A stretch of DNA of 63,443 nt, the filler included, from Octopus bimaculoides (lineage: Eukaryota): NCBI RefSeq assembly GCF_001194135.2. It is 6 parts of 4 records of this genome, joined end to end, with 100 filler letters (N's around TTAATTAATTAA, not from the genome) between each part and the next. Parts side by side here need not be neighbours in the genome. Positions count along the whole stretch, not along the records: positions 27,251 to 42,310 come from NC_068982.1; positions 42,411 to 58,021 come from NC_069009.1; 4 more parts are not named here. One strand, given 5' to 3'. This document shows, piece after piece, positions 39,905 to 53,100 of the stretch (positions are counted from its first letter, which is position 1; each line of letters starts with the position of its first letter). A program made the position numbers and the translations under genes. Below the pieces are notes generated by a model that saw only the letters and a list, made by a program, of their open reading frames with translations, ran no database searches and was not told the origin of the DNA.

Positions 39905-40030
39905 ATATTTCCATGATGCGAGACGTGGTTCTTATAGAGGATACAAAGATCACTCTGATAGTGCTCTACAGCGAACTGAAAGGTGGAAATTGTTGAAGAG
40001 GATAACTCGACACTCCATGGGAGAAGAGAG
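39905..40030 (+). mobile_element. Possible highly degraded RTE LINE fragment
   Basis: RDVVLIEDTKITLIVLYSELKGG resembles the RTE C-terminal HV.RM.D.R.PK..LY.EL..G motif. Confidence 0.35.
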
Positions 40031-40270
40031 CGGTGTGGTTATAAACGAAAGAATAAATACTACAGAGAAAAATTGAAATAAACAACAATAAGAAAATAGC
40101 GAAAAGACTAGAATAAGATCCACCACATCAGAACTATCAACGGTATTTATATTTTGAAATATAAGTAGTCATGGTTGTGCCAATGCTTTTGGTGTGGAAT
40201 CTCAAGAAGGATCGAAATAACGTTGAAGATTTCTCATCATACAAAGAAAAGTTCTACTACAGGTGACAGG

Positions 40271-40271
<1 letters not shown>

Positions 40272-40358
<87 letters not shown>

Positions 40359-40461
40359 AGAGAGAGAGTGTGTGCGTGAGAGAGAAAGAGAGAGAGAATG
40401 ACAGGTAGAGAAAGAAGGAGCAAAAGAGAGTGAAAGAGAGAAAACAGAGAGAGAATGTGAG

Positions 40462-40507
<46 letters not shown>

Positions 40508-40595
40508 AGAAAGAGAGAAAGAGAGAGAGAGAGAGAAAAAGCGAGAGAAAGGGTGTGCGTGTGTGTGTGTGAAAGAAAGAAAGAGAGAGAGGTAA
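40272..40595. repeat. (AG)n-rich low-complexity tract
   Basis: Direct reading. Confidence 0.95.
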
Positions 40596-41032
40596 AGGAA
40601 TAATGATACAAAGTTTGCTCAACCATTATTATATATTTATTTCACCTATTTTATATAGTCGGCAGAAATTAAAATAAAACCGACAAGAATGCAAGGTGAC
40701 GACATGTAAGTGTGGCCAACAACAGTAACGGAGATATATCAATGTACTTTTATTGTATGAAGACTTCGAAGACTAAATATATAACGTTTTCCAGTTGATC
40801 CTTTTCTAACAGCTGCCTTTCAATGGCTTCTGTGTGAATGGTCGCATAAGCTATTGGAATATAGCAGTACCTGCTTGTATATACTTACCGGTAAGTAGTT
40901 TTTGGTTGTGATTGTGGTTGTATGTCTTCGTTGATATCATCGCATAATGATGATGTTTTCTTTGAAGTATACCGCCTATTTAGAGACCTATATGTAGATG
41001 TAAATGTACGTATACATATGTGTACGTACACC

Positions 41033-41063
<31 letters not shown>

Positions 41064-41095
41064 GTATACAGACATACAGAGATGCAAACATATAT

Positions 41096-41132
<37 letters not shown>

Positions 41133-41324
41133 AGAGAGAGAAAGAAGGGGAGAGAGGAGAGAGTGGAGAGAGTGTGAGTGAGTGTGTGAGAGAGCGAGAA
41201 AGGAAAACCTTTAAAAGTAATATATGTGTGTGACCATGTATATATATATATATATATNNNNNNNNNNNNNNNNNNNNNNNNNNNNNNNNNNNNNNNNATA
41301 TATATTTATTTATTTATATATACA

Positions 41325-41670
41325 TTCTTTTATTTGTTTCAGTTATTTGACTGCGGCCATGCTGGAGCACCACCTTTGGTCGGTCAAATCGACCCCAGGA
41401 CTTATTGTATCGGTATCTTTTGCCGAACTGCTAAGTTACGGGATTTAAACATCACCATCGGTTGTCAAGCGATGGTGGGGGACAAACACAAACACACACT
41501 CACACACACATATATATATATGAATGACGGGCTTCTTTCAGTTTCCGTCTACCAAATCGACTCACAAGGTTTTGATTGGGCTGAGGCTATAGTACAAGGT
41601 ACTTGCCCAAGGTGTTATGCAGTGGGTCTGAACCCGAAACCATATGGCTGGTAAGCAAGCTACTTACCAC
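41325..41670 (-). mobile_element. Near full-length SINE family A
   Basis: Tail, internal (TA/CA) tract and head all present. Confidence 0.8.
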
Positions 41671-41673
41671 ACA

Positions 41674-41730
<57 letters not shown>

Positions 41731-41849
41731 NNNNNNNNNNNNNNNNNNNNNNNNNNNNNNNNNNNNNNNNNNNNNNNNNNNNNNNNNNNNNNNNNNNNNN
41801 NNNNNNNNNNNNNNNNNNNNNNNNNNNNNNNNNNNNNNNNNNNNNNNNN

Positions 41850-41949
<100 letters not shown>

Positions 41950-41959
41950 GAGAGTGAAA

Positions 41960-42063
41960 GAAAGAGATGGATGGATGGATGGATAGATAGATAGTTTGAT
42001 AGATAGATAGAGAGATAGAGAGATAGATAGAAAGATAGATAGATAGATAGGTAGATAGATAGG

Positions 42064-42116
<53 letters not shown>

Positions 42117-42117
42117 T
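41960..42117. repeat. (GGAT)n/(GATA)n microsatellite
   Basis: Direct reading. Confidence 0.95.
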
Positions 42118-42272
42118 ATTTCTTATTTCAACGGTGTCTACTGAATGTAATGCTTATATATTTCCTCCAATTTCCACAGTTTGCTTACTTAATATTTTAT
42201 TATGATAGCATATGTTCCTGCTCGATTGCATCTTTTGGTTGATTTAACGATAATGTACCAAAGAACAATACA

Positions 42273-42310
<38 letters not shown>

Positions 42311-42602
42311 NNNNNNNNNNNNNNNNNNNNNNNNNNNNNNNNNNNNNNNNNNNNTTAATTAATTAANNNNNNNNNNNNNNNNNNNNNNNNNNNNNNNNNN
42401 NNNNNNNNNNATATATATATATATATATATATAAATATGGGCACACACACACACACACACAGAGTTATATATATACAGGCATATATATACACATAAATAC
42501 ATATATGTATATGTATTTATATGTGTATACATGTCTTATAAATATATATATAAATGTGTGTCTGTATGTGTGAATACACACATATAACTCCTCAATATAC
42601 AT

Positions 42603-42840
42603 CTTTTATCTTTTTATCTTTTACTTGTTTCAGTCACTAGACTGCGTCCATACTGGAGCACTGCCTAGAAGAATCCTTAGTTGCATAAATCAACACTGAT
42701 ACTTCTTTTGTTTTTCAAGCCTGGTATTTATTCTATCAATGTCTTTTGCTGAACCACTAAGGTACAGGGATGAAAACACACCAACACCAGTTAAGCAGTA
42801 GTGGGGGATAAACCCAGATACAAACACACATACAAACACA
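42603..42840 (-). mobile_element. SINE family A 3' half
   Basis: ttttacttgtttcagtcactagactgcgtccatactggagcac..gtgggggataaac. Confidence 0.7.
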
Positions 42841-42879
42841 CATAAATACATACATTCATACATATACATATATATTGTA

Positions 42880-45680
42880 TTTTGGGACGGTCATTTTCTT
42901 TTTGCCAAATAAACACACACACACACTGTATATTCGTTCTTCACTCGTTTATTACTGTTCTTATTCTAACTCAAGCTCATTGTCTGGAAATCTTTCATCA
43001 CACTTCTGTGACCTCCTCAGTGACACTTTCTGTCTTTGTGTGTGCTTTTGCTCTTCTTATTCAATTCTATTTTTCGATGATGTCTATCCTTATATGCCCA
43101 TGCACCTGTGTTTGTGTGTCATTATTCTTAGTAGCAGCATGACCCTCCCCTCTGGCCCCATCTCCTATACGATTCTGCTGCCCTTGAACCACACCCTATG
43201 TACCATTCCTGTAACTCACTGTGTTTGCCCAAGCTGCCACCATGATGATAGATGATGTTGTTACCATTGTTGCTAGTTGTGTTGTTGTTCCTGTTGCAGC
43301 CATCTGTGAAGTTACTGTATATATGTTTGTGTGTGTATATGGGTTCACTTCTTATGTTGTTTGTATCCGTACCCTTTATACAGTTTTTTTTAATGTCTAA
43401 TTTTTCAAATATTTATCATAGGAATGTGCATATATGTCTATTGTATGTGTATTATGCTGTTTGTATGTGTTTTTTCTTTTCCTCCTATAGCTTTAGTTGC
43501 CATGTTGTATAGTGTGGTGGTGGTTGTTATTGTTCCATTTGTGTTTTCTGTTGAGGCTTGGTCTGTCTATTTGCTATGTGTGTAGCCTCTGTGATCTGCT
43601 TAAGTATCATGTTAGTTCTAAGCGTTGATAATACTTTGACCTTTATCTTATTGACTGAGCATCTATGTACAGCTTGAGCATGTTGGTGGAGTGCTGACAA
43701 GCCTGTCTCTTCTTTGAACTCTTGCCAATGTTCATCTATATGCTCTCCTATGCTGCATGCTGTCTCTTCAATGTAAGTAGTTGTCATGCTTCTGCACCAT
43801 CCCTCAGTACATCGTAAGCTATACACTATATACCTAACCTCACAGTTAACCTGTGGGTTCATCCTACATACAATACAATTGTTCTCCATACATGGCGAGC
43901 TATCAAAGAGATAAGTTCTACAGATCAGAGGCACTAGGCCTTCCTACTACTTTAATCCATAGCTTGGCTTTATCTAATGTTTTTCTAAAAAGGTATGCTA
44001 GCTTGTCGCCAGGGGTAGCATCAACGAACATGACACACTCATATTTTTTATTGTCATACCATGAGTCAGTCTTACCTATCTCTTTTCTGGTCCTTTCTGT
44101 GCTGATCCATGATTTACTCCTGTATAGTGGGCAGGTCCTCTTTGCATCACTCTCTATGATGGCTTTGTACTTAGCCCTGACTCTTTTGCACACTCTAATC
44201 CTGTCCCTTTGGTTGTAGCCAGAGAATTGCATGCTGTGGATAAAGTGTTGTATACATCTTTCCAATTCCATAGGGTCGCACATGCGAGACACATTTCTCA
44301 TCACTCTCACCAAGTCTGCTGTAAGAATATCGAACTTGGTGTTGTCCACTATGGCTGTGTTCCTGTGATTTGGCATAATGGGAGTGAAGGATCTGGACTT
44401 TATTGTTCTTGGTTTCTAACCAGAGTTCCATGTCTAAAACTGGTAGCCTATAGTTAGGGTGCTTGTTAGGGTAGTCTATCATTACTTTGATTCTCTGGTG
44501 GATGGAATTAGCTATTTGTTAGATGCTCTCCATAGTGTTAGCTTTATATCATCAACATTGTCTTGTAGGGGTGCATTGGCTACTATGTCGATATCATCCA
44601 CATAGTGGGAGTACGTGGTTAGGGTTATTTCTCTTTGAGTTTCCTATCCCAACATACCATAAATATGTTAGCCACATCACCAGTAATACCGACACCAATG
44701 GCTGCTCCTTCCTCTTGGGTATATAACTTGTTATTAAACTTACATATGTAACACTTGAGTGTGATTTTGGTACTTGCACTCACCACATATGCAACCAACT
44801 TTTTAACCTGGTAATTGATTTTCAGGGGTCTGTATAGCTCTGGTCCACACGTTCCAGCTCTCTCTAGGGGTCTTCTTGGCCATAGAGGTTATAGTAGGGA
44901 GTCTACCTCTTACTGGTCTAGCAGAGCAGAAACAACTAAAGTCATATTCATCTAAGTAACGATTGTCACATGTCAGTCTCAGGAGACAGCCCAGTTCTTC
45001 TGTGTCAACACCACGAAACTCCACTGATGCACACATTTCTCCACAGCAAAATCAGCATCAATGGATGGGTATAAGGGTACTAGATTCATACGGCCAATCA
45101 TATGTCCCATCAGGTGATAGGCATAGTTGTAATTATTGACACCGGTGTGAAGGTCCTCTGTGCTGTCGCACACATCCAGGGACATTTTGATCAGAGGGCG
45201 TATCATCGTAGAAAGGAAGTAGAAGATCGGGTAGTTATTGGCAACATTGGCTTCACAAACTGGTCTCATTGGTGGTCCTGTAACTGGGTCAGTGGTCACC
45301 TCATGGTCTTTGCAGAGCCCATACAGTGCTGGGATGTTATTAGTGGCTTGGAAGTTGTTGGTCATGTGCTTTTTTGCTCCTAGGATGTTTGACCCCATCA
45401 TCATATAAGCATTGAGGATCTTTTCTCTCTTCTCTTATTCCCATACCGCTGTTGCCCTCATACTGGTGATGTGGGATTGCATTGCTTGGATGTAGTTCAG
45501 CAGACTGTCTATTGAGGTTCTGCTGGACTTGTCCCTGGGGAAGCACACAACTTCCCTACTTTTGTACACTGTATGAACTTACGCAAACCTCTTGCGGACT
45601 TCTTGCCAAGTTGCTGTGCCTCTCTAACATTCTGTCTTCTAATGTACTGTTCTAAAATCTGTCTAAGTTTAGTACTGGCT
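42880..45680 (-). mobile_element. Degraded, 5'-truncated Penelope-like retroelement (RT, Cys-rich linker, GIY-YIG endonuclease; Neptune-like)
   Basis: Frameshifted minus-strand pieces in the expected order: IPALYGLCKDH..PMRPVC, LVPLYPSID, RLPVLDMELW, PCMENNCIVC..NC, IVYSLRC..TYIEETACSIGEHIDEH, EATHI. A hammerhead remnant lies 3' of the endonuclease. Confidence 0.82.
42981..43026 (-). ncRNA. Degenerate hammerhead motif at the 3' end of the Penelope-like element
   Basis: Minus strand: CTGAGGA-g-gtcac(agaagt)gtgat-GAA-AGATTT-C-cagac. Stem III is one change from the palindrome AGATCT, and stem I is eroded. It lies downstream of the GIY-YIG frame on the same strand. Confidence 0.5.
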
Positions 45681-45819
45681 ATAGTACAGTATGCTTCTAT
45701 TATAGCTTCAGGCCAAGCAAAGCTGTGTGAGTGAATTTGTGTGTAGGCCCTTCGTGTGTGTGTGTGTGTATAAAATTTCAATGGCTTGATCACATCAATA
45801 GAATATAATTGAAAAGAAA

Positions 45820-45855
<36 letters not shown>

Positions 45856-46329
45856 CTTTCATCATCTCTTTGCTTTTCTTTTTCTTTCTCTTTCTCAATT
45901 GTCCTGCTTCCTATCTGAGCCGTTCTCCAAAAACCAAAATTTTCTCCTTTTCCAAACAAAACAAAACAAAACAAANNNNNNNNNNNNNNNNNNNNNNNNN
46001 NNNNNNNNNNNNNNNNNNNNNNNNNNNNNNNNNNNNNNNNNNNNNNNNNNNNNNNNNNNNNNNNNNNNNNNNNNNNNNNNNNNNNNNNNNNNNNNNNNNN
46101 NNNNNNNNNNNNNNNNNNNNNNNNNNNNNNNNNNNNNNNNNNNNNNNNNNNNNNNNNNNNNNNNNNNNNNNNNNNNNNNNNNNNNNNNNNNNNNNNNNNN
46201 NNNNNNNNNNNNNNNNNNNNNNNNNNNNNNNNNNNNNNNNNNNNNNNNNNNNNNNNNNNNNNNNNNNNNNNNNNNNNNNNNNNNNNNNNNNNNNNNNNNN
46301 NNNNNNNNGACAGCTTATATATGTATATT

Positions 46330-46427
46330 CTCTTTTCTCTTTTACTTCTTTCAGTCATTTGACTGTGGCCATGCTGGAGCACTGCCTTTAGTCGAGCAAA
46401 TCGACCCCAGGACTTTTTGTAAGCCTA

Positions 46428-46473
<46 letters not shown>

Positions 46474-49400
46474 GGCTTCTGCCAGTTTCTGTCTACCAAA
46501 TCCACTCACAATGCCTTGGTCAGCCTGAGGCTATAGCAGAAGACAGTTATCCAAGGTGCCACACAGTGGGACTGAACCCAGAACCATCTGATTGGTAAGC
46601 AAGCTACTTACCACACAGCCATTCCTGCACATATCAAATGGATGTCTTATAAAACCATTCTGCACATACAATAACAGCCATACCAACAATCCAACACACT
46701 TCCATCATCAGCTGCCCCACAGATATCATTATGGTTTCGACACCTTCCTTCTATCAAATCCACTCACAAGGTTTTGGTCAGCCTAAGGCTCTAGAGGAAG
46801 ACATTTGCCCAAGTTACCATGAATTAAGACTGAACCCAGAACAATGTAGTTAGGAAGAAGGTTTCTTACCACACAGCCATGTCTGTGGCTATATATCATT
46901 TATCATATATAATTTACTTGTTCCAGTGATAAGACTGTGGCCAAGCTGGAGCACTGCTTCGAAGAATTATTTTTCTCCTTTTGTTAAGCCTGATAATTAT
47001 TCTATCATTCTATTTTGCTGAACTGCTAAGTTATGGGAATGCAAACATACCAACACTGGTTGTCCAGCAGCAGTGGTGGTGGTGGGGCCAACGCATATAC
47101 AAAGACACACATACACACACACACACACATGCACGCATGCATGCACACACACACAACAGGCTTCTTTCAGTTTCCGTCCACCAAATCCACTGACAAGGCT
47201 TTGGTCAGCCTGAGGTTATGATAGAAGACACTTACCTAAGGTACCACACATTGGGATTGAACCTGAAAGCATGCAGTTGGGAAGCAGGCTTCATACCACA
47301 GACCTACACCTGCGCCTATATATTATATGTTTATGGCTGTGCAGTAAGAAGTTTGATTCCTAACCACATTGTTCTGAGTTCATTCCCACAGTGAGGCACC
47401 TGGGGCAAGTGTCTTCTATTACAGCTTCAAGCCGACCAAAGCCTCATGAGTGGATTTGGTAGATTGGCATATGGAAACAGAAAGAAGCCCATCGTTTTTA
47501 TATATATATATATATATATATATCTGTAAAAATATGTGACACTTATTCAGTAGCCATGATAAAACTCCAAGATTTTTCACAGGAATTTTCAATTGGGTGG
47601 ATAACTGAAGAGATGTTGGTGTGGGCTCCCGCCCTGGCATCCGAAACTCGGAGTTTTATCATGGCTACTGAATAAGTGTCACATATTTCTACANNNNNNN
47701 NNNNNNNNNNNNNNNNNNNNNNNNNNNNNNNNNNNNNNNNNNNNNNNNNNNNNNNNNNNNNNNNNNNNNNNNNNNNNNNNNNNNNNNNNNNNNNNNNNNN
47801 NNNNNNNNNNNNNNNNNNNNNNNNNNNNNNNNNNNNNNNNNNNNNNNNNNNNNNNNNNNNNNNNNNNNNNNNNNNNNNNNNNNNNNNNNNNNNNNNNNNN
47901 NNNNNNNNNNNNNNNNNNNNNNNNNNNNNNNNNNNNNNNNNNNNNNNNNNNNNNNNNNNNNNNNNNNNNNNNNNNNNNNNNNNNNNNNNNNNNNNNNNNN
48001 NNNNNNNNNNNNNNNNNNNNNNNNNNNNNNNNNNNNNNNNNNNNNNNNNNNNNNNNNNNNNNNNNNNNNNNNNNNNNNNNNNNNNNNNNNNNNNNNNNNN
48101 NNNNNNNNNNNNNNNNNNNNNNNNNNNNNNNNNNNNNNNNNNNNNNNNNNNNNNNNNNNNNNNNNNNNNNNNNNNNNNNNNNNNNNNNNNNNNNNNNNNN
48201 NNNNNNNNNNNNNNNNNNNNNNNNNNNNNNNNNNNNNNNNNNNNNNNNNNNNNNNNNNNNNNNNNNNNNNNNNNNNNNNNNNNNNNNNNNNNNNNNNNNN
48301 NNNNNNNNNNNNNNNNNNNNNNNNNNNNNNNNNNNNNNNNNNNNNNNNNNNNNNNNNNNNNNNNNNNNNNNNNNNNNNNNNNNNNNNNNNNNNNNNNNNN
48401 NNNNNNNNNNNNNNNNNNNNNNNNNNNNNNNNNNNNNNNNGTATATATATATATGTATGTGTGTGTATATGTTTGTGTGTCTGTGTTTGTCCCCCAGCTT
48501 GCTCACCAAGCACATGTTCCCGGGTTCAGTCCTACTACGTGGCACCTTGGGCAAGTGTCTTCTACTATAGCCTCGGGCCGACCAAAGCCTTGTGAGTGGA
48601 TTTGGTAGACGGAAACTGAAAGAAGCCGGTCGTATATATGTATATATATATATGTATGTGTGTGTATATGTTTGTGTGTCTGTGTTTGTCTCCCCCAACA
48701 TCACTTGACAACCGATGCTGGTGTGTTTATGTCCCCGTAACTTAGCGGTTCGGCTAAAGAGACCGATAGAATAAGAACTAGGCTTAACAAGAATAAGTCC
48801 TGGGGTCGATTAACTCGACTAAAAAGGTGGTGCTCCAGCATGGCCACAGTCAAATGACTGAAACAAATAAAAGAGTAAAAGAGTGTGTGTGTGTGTGTGT
48901 GTACGAGTGTATGCATGCATGTATGCATGTCTGGATTTGAAGGTAATGTTGCATGAAAGCTGTACAGGGCCTGGGGTGGGGGAAACAGCGTTATATTTGA
49001 AAAGAAGTGGGTGGCAGTTTGACTGAGAATTCACCAAAAATGCGTAACATAAGTACTATTATATATTTCATTTCTCAATTATAATCATGTGGAACATATT
49101 TGGAGAAAATCGGATTAAACTTACGAGTATCTACGTCACTAAGGCATAGAAAAACAACACCAACAGCAACAACATTAACAAAACAAAATGAGTAACAAAA
49201 GCTCCATATTAAAATGTTTGTGTTATGATCCCTTGCTCCTCATAAAAAGCCAGATTTATTATTACATATATATATACATGTTACTAATATATAAAACGTG
49301 TTTGTTAGTAATAAAATGTTGGGAGGGAAATGATAAGTGAATATGCGTGGTTGTGTGGTTAAGGATGTTTGCTTTGCAGCTACGTCGTTTTGGGTTCTAT

Positions 49401-49844
49401 CCTAGTATGCGGTACACACCTTAGGTTACTCTCTTTTACTTGTTTCAGTCATTTGACTGTGGCTATGCTGGAGCACCACCTTTAGTCGAACAAATCGACC
49501 CCAGGACTTATTCTTTGTAAGCCTAGTACTTATTCTATCGGTCTCTTTTTGTTGAACCACTAAGTTACAGGGACGTAAAAACACCAACATCAGTTGTCAA
49601 GCGAAGTTGGGGGGACAAACACAGACACACAAACACATACATATATATATGTATATACGATGGGCTTCTTTCAGTTTCCATCTACCAAATCCACTCACAA
49701 GGCTTTGGTCAGCCTATGGCTACAGTAGAAGACAATTACTCAAGCGGTGCCACACACAAGAACTGAACCCCAAATCACATAATTTGCAAAGAAGTGATCT
49801 TAACCACACAACTATACCTGACTCTCCCTCCCCCTCTCTCTCTG

Positions 49845-49901
<57 letters not shown>

Positions 49902-50310
49902 TTTACTCTTTTACTTGTTTCAGTCTTTTGACTGTGGCCATGCTGGAGCACCGCCTTTAGTCGGGCAAATCGACCCCAGGACTTATTCTTTGGAAGCCTA
50001 GTACTTATTCTTTCGGTCTCTTTTGCCGAACCGCTAAGTTACGAGGACGTAAACACACCAGCATCAGTTGTCAAGCGATGTTGTGGGGACAAACACAGAC
50101 ACACAAACACATACACACATACATATATATATATACATATATACGACAGGCTTCTTTCAGTTTCCGACTACCAAATCCACTCACAAGGCATTGGTCGGCC
50201 CGAGGCTATAGTAGAAGGCACTTGCCCAAGATGCCACGCAGTGGGACTGAACCCGGGACCATGTGGTTTGTAAGCAAGCTACTTACCACACAGCCACTCC
50301 TACGCCTATA
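46330..50310. mobile_element. Dense cluster of about 8 SINE family A copies: 46330-46625(-), 46730-46890(-), 46905-47320(-), 47333-47500(+), 48495-48880(+), 49340-49420(+), 49430-49810(-), 49900-50310(-)
   Basis: Repeated head (tggctgtgtggtaag..gggttcagtccc, A/B-box-like), accttgggcaagtgtcttct core and gctccagcatggcc(a/g)cagtc tail. Confidence 0.82.
47525..47693. mobile_element. Young MITE with about 44-bp TIRs (39 bp perfect) next to a (TA)n tract
   Basis: aaatatgtgacacttattcagtagccatgataaaactcc and its exact reverse complement at 47650-47688; 81-bp core. The right end abuts an N gap. Confidence 0.75.
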
Positions 50311-50395
50311 AGCTAATCTATTGCACTCTTAAGATTTCCAGAGAGGGTCAAAGACGGATCACCTCATAACAAGAGAGTAATTGAAATACTTCAGA

Positions 50396-50477
<82 letters not shown>

Positions 50478-51959
50478 GCAATGAAAATGCTGCAAAATGT
50501 TTAATCATTTTGGTATTTCAATTTACAAAATAACTGGATCCATTACATATTGTATAGCGTGTTTGTTTATATGTGTATTGTGCATGAATGCATATTGTAT
50601 TTATGCGGAACTCCATCTGTGTGTGTGTGTGTGTGGAGGGGGCGTGGGTGATTGTTTAAATGTAGTTTGTGGTAGATATAAGTTTCCGTGAACAAAATAT
50701 GTATATATTGCTGGTCAACATATGAACCGAGATAACATTTGATTAGATGCATGTTGTTCGTATGATTCTCTGTGCGAGGATTAGCATATATATACACATA
50801 TATATACACATATATATATATAAATAAATACATACATACATATATATAAATAAATACATACATACATAAATATATATATGTATATATATATATANNNNNN
50901 NNNNNNNNNNNNNNNNNNNNNNNNNNNNNNNNNNNNNNNNNNNNNNNNNNNNNNNNNNNNNNNNNNNNNNNNNNNNNNNNNNNNNNNNNNNNNNNNNNNN
51001 NNNNNNNNNNNNNNNNNNNNNNNNNNNNNNNNNNNNNNNNNNNNNNNNNNNNNNNNNNNNNNNNNNNNNNNNNNNNNNNNNNNNNNNNNNNNNNNNNNNN
51101 NNNNNNNNNNNNNNNNNNNNNNNNNNNNNNNNNNNNNNNNNNNNNNNNNNNNNNNNNNNNNNNNNNNNNNNNNNNNNNNNNNNNNNNNNNNNNNNNNNNN
51201 NNNNNNNNNNNNNNNNNNNNNNNNNNNNNNNNNNNNNNNNNNNNNNNNNNNNNNNNNNNNNNNNNNNNNNNNNNNNNNNNNNNNNNNNNNNNNNNNNNNN
51301 NNNNNNNNNNNNNNNNNNNNNNNNNNNNNNNNNNNNNNNNNNNNNNNNNNNNNNNNNNNNNNNNNNNNNNNNNNNNNNNNNNNNNNNNNNNNNNNNNNNN
51401 NNNNNNNNNNNNNNNNNNNNNNNNNNNNNNNNNNNNNNNNNNNNNNNNNNNNNNNNNNNNNNNNNNNNNNNNNNNNNNNNNNNNNNNNNNNNNNNNNNNN
51501 NNNNNNNNNNNNNNNNNNNNNNNNNNNNNNNNNNNNNNNNNNNNNNNNNNNNNNNNNNNNNNNNNNNNNNNNNNNNNNNNNNNNNNNNNNNNNNNNNNNN
51601 NNNNNNNNNNNNNNNNNNNNNNNNNNNNNNNNNNNNNNNNNNNNNNNNNNNNNNNNNNNNNNNNNNNNNNNNNNNNNNNNNNNNNNNNNNNNNNNNNNNN
51701 NNNNNNNNNNNNNNNNNNNNNNNNNNNNNNNNNNNNNNNNNNNNNNNNNNNNNNNNNNNNNNNNNNNNNNNNNNNTATATACATACACACACATACATAT
51801 ATGTACATGCATGTGTGTCCATGTGTATGTTTATATACATACATATGTACATATATATATATAACATTTTGTTATGAGCGTTTTTAAGAATCAAGGCATA
51901 TCAAAGTGTAGGATGCCAGATATGGCTAGGCATGATAACATAGAGCTCACAGTGAAATA

Positions 51960-52857
51960 AACAACAACTAAGACTTCGAGTACTGTCTTCTCCTACAGCC
52001 TTGGATCGAACAAAGCCTTGTGAGTGGATCTGGTAGATGGAAACTAAAAGAAGCCCATTGTGCATGTGAGAGAGAGCGAGAGAGAGAGAGTGTGTGTGTG
52101 TGTGTGTGTGTGTGTTTGTCCTCCATCACTGCTTGACTGCCGGTGTTGGTTTGTTTATGTCCCGCTAACATTAGCAGTTTGGCAAAAGAGACTGGTAAAA
52201 TAAGTACCAGGATTAGAAAAAAAAAGACAAAATCTTAAATACTGGAATCGATTTATTCCACTAATATTCTCCAAGGAAGTGCCCCAGTATGGCCACAGTC
52301 AAATAAATAAAAACAAGTGAAAGCTACAAGATAAATTATATATGTTTGTTTGTACATTTATATGTAGGTTTTTTTCTTTTATTCTTTTACTTGTTTCAGT
52401 CATTTGACTTTGACCATGCTGGAGCACTTCCTTAAAAGGTTTTTTTAGTTTAAGAAATTGACCCCAGGACATTTCTTTTGTAAGCCTTATACTTATTCTA
52501 TTGGTCTGTTTTGCCAAACTGCTAAGTTATCGTGACGTAAATATACCAACACCTGTTGTCAAGCTGTGATGTATGTATGTATATGATAGGCTTCTTTCAG
52601 TTTCCACCTACTACATCCACTCACAAGGCTTTGATCAGCCCAAGGCTATAGTAGAAAACACTTGCCCAAGGTACCACAGAATAGAAATGAACACAGAACC
52701 ATGTAGTTGGGAAGCAAGCTTCTTACCACACAGCCAGGCCTGCATGATTCTGTCTGTCTGTCTGTCTATTTATAAATGTATGTATACATATATTCACACA
52801 CACACACAAATATACATATATATACATACATACATACATACATACATACACACAAAT

Positions 52858-52889
<32 letters not shown>

Positions 52890-53043
52890 GTGTATATGTT
52901 TGTTTTTTGTGCCTTGTTTATGTTCCCGTTCCTTTTTTGTCCACATTTTTTTGACATCCTGTACCCGGATATGCATCTATGCATACATGTAGAAGTAGGT
53001 ATGTACATATATGTATATATGCATATACTCAAATATCATTTGC

Positions 53044-53100
<57 letters not shown>

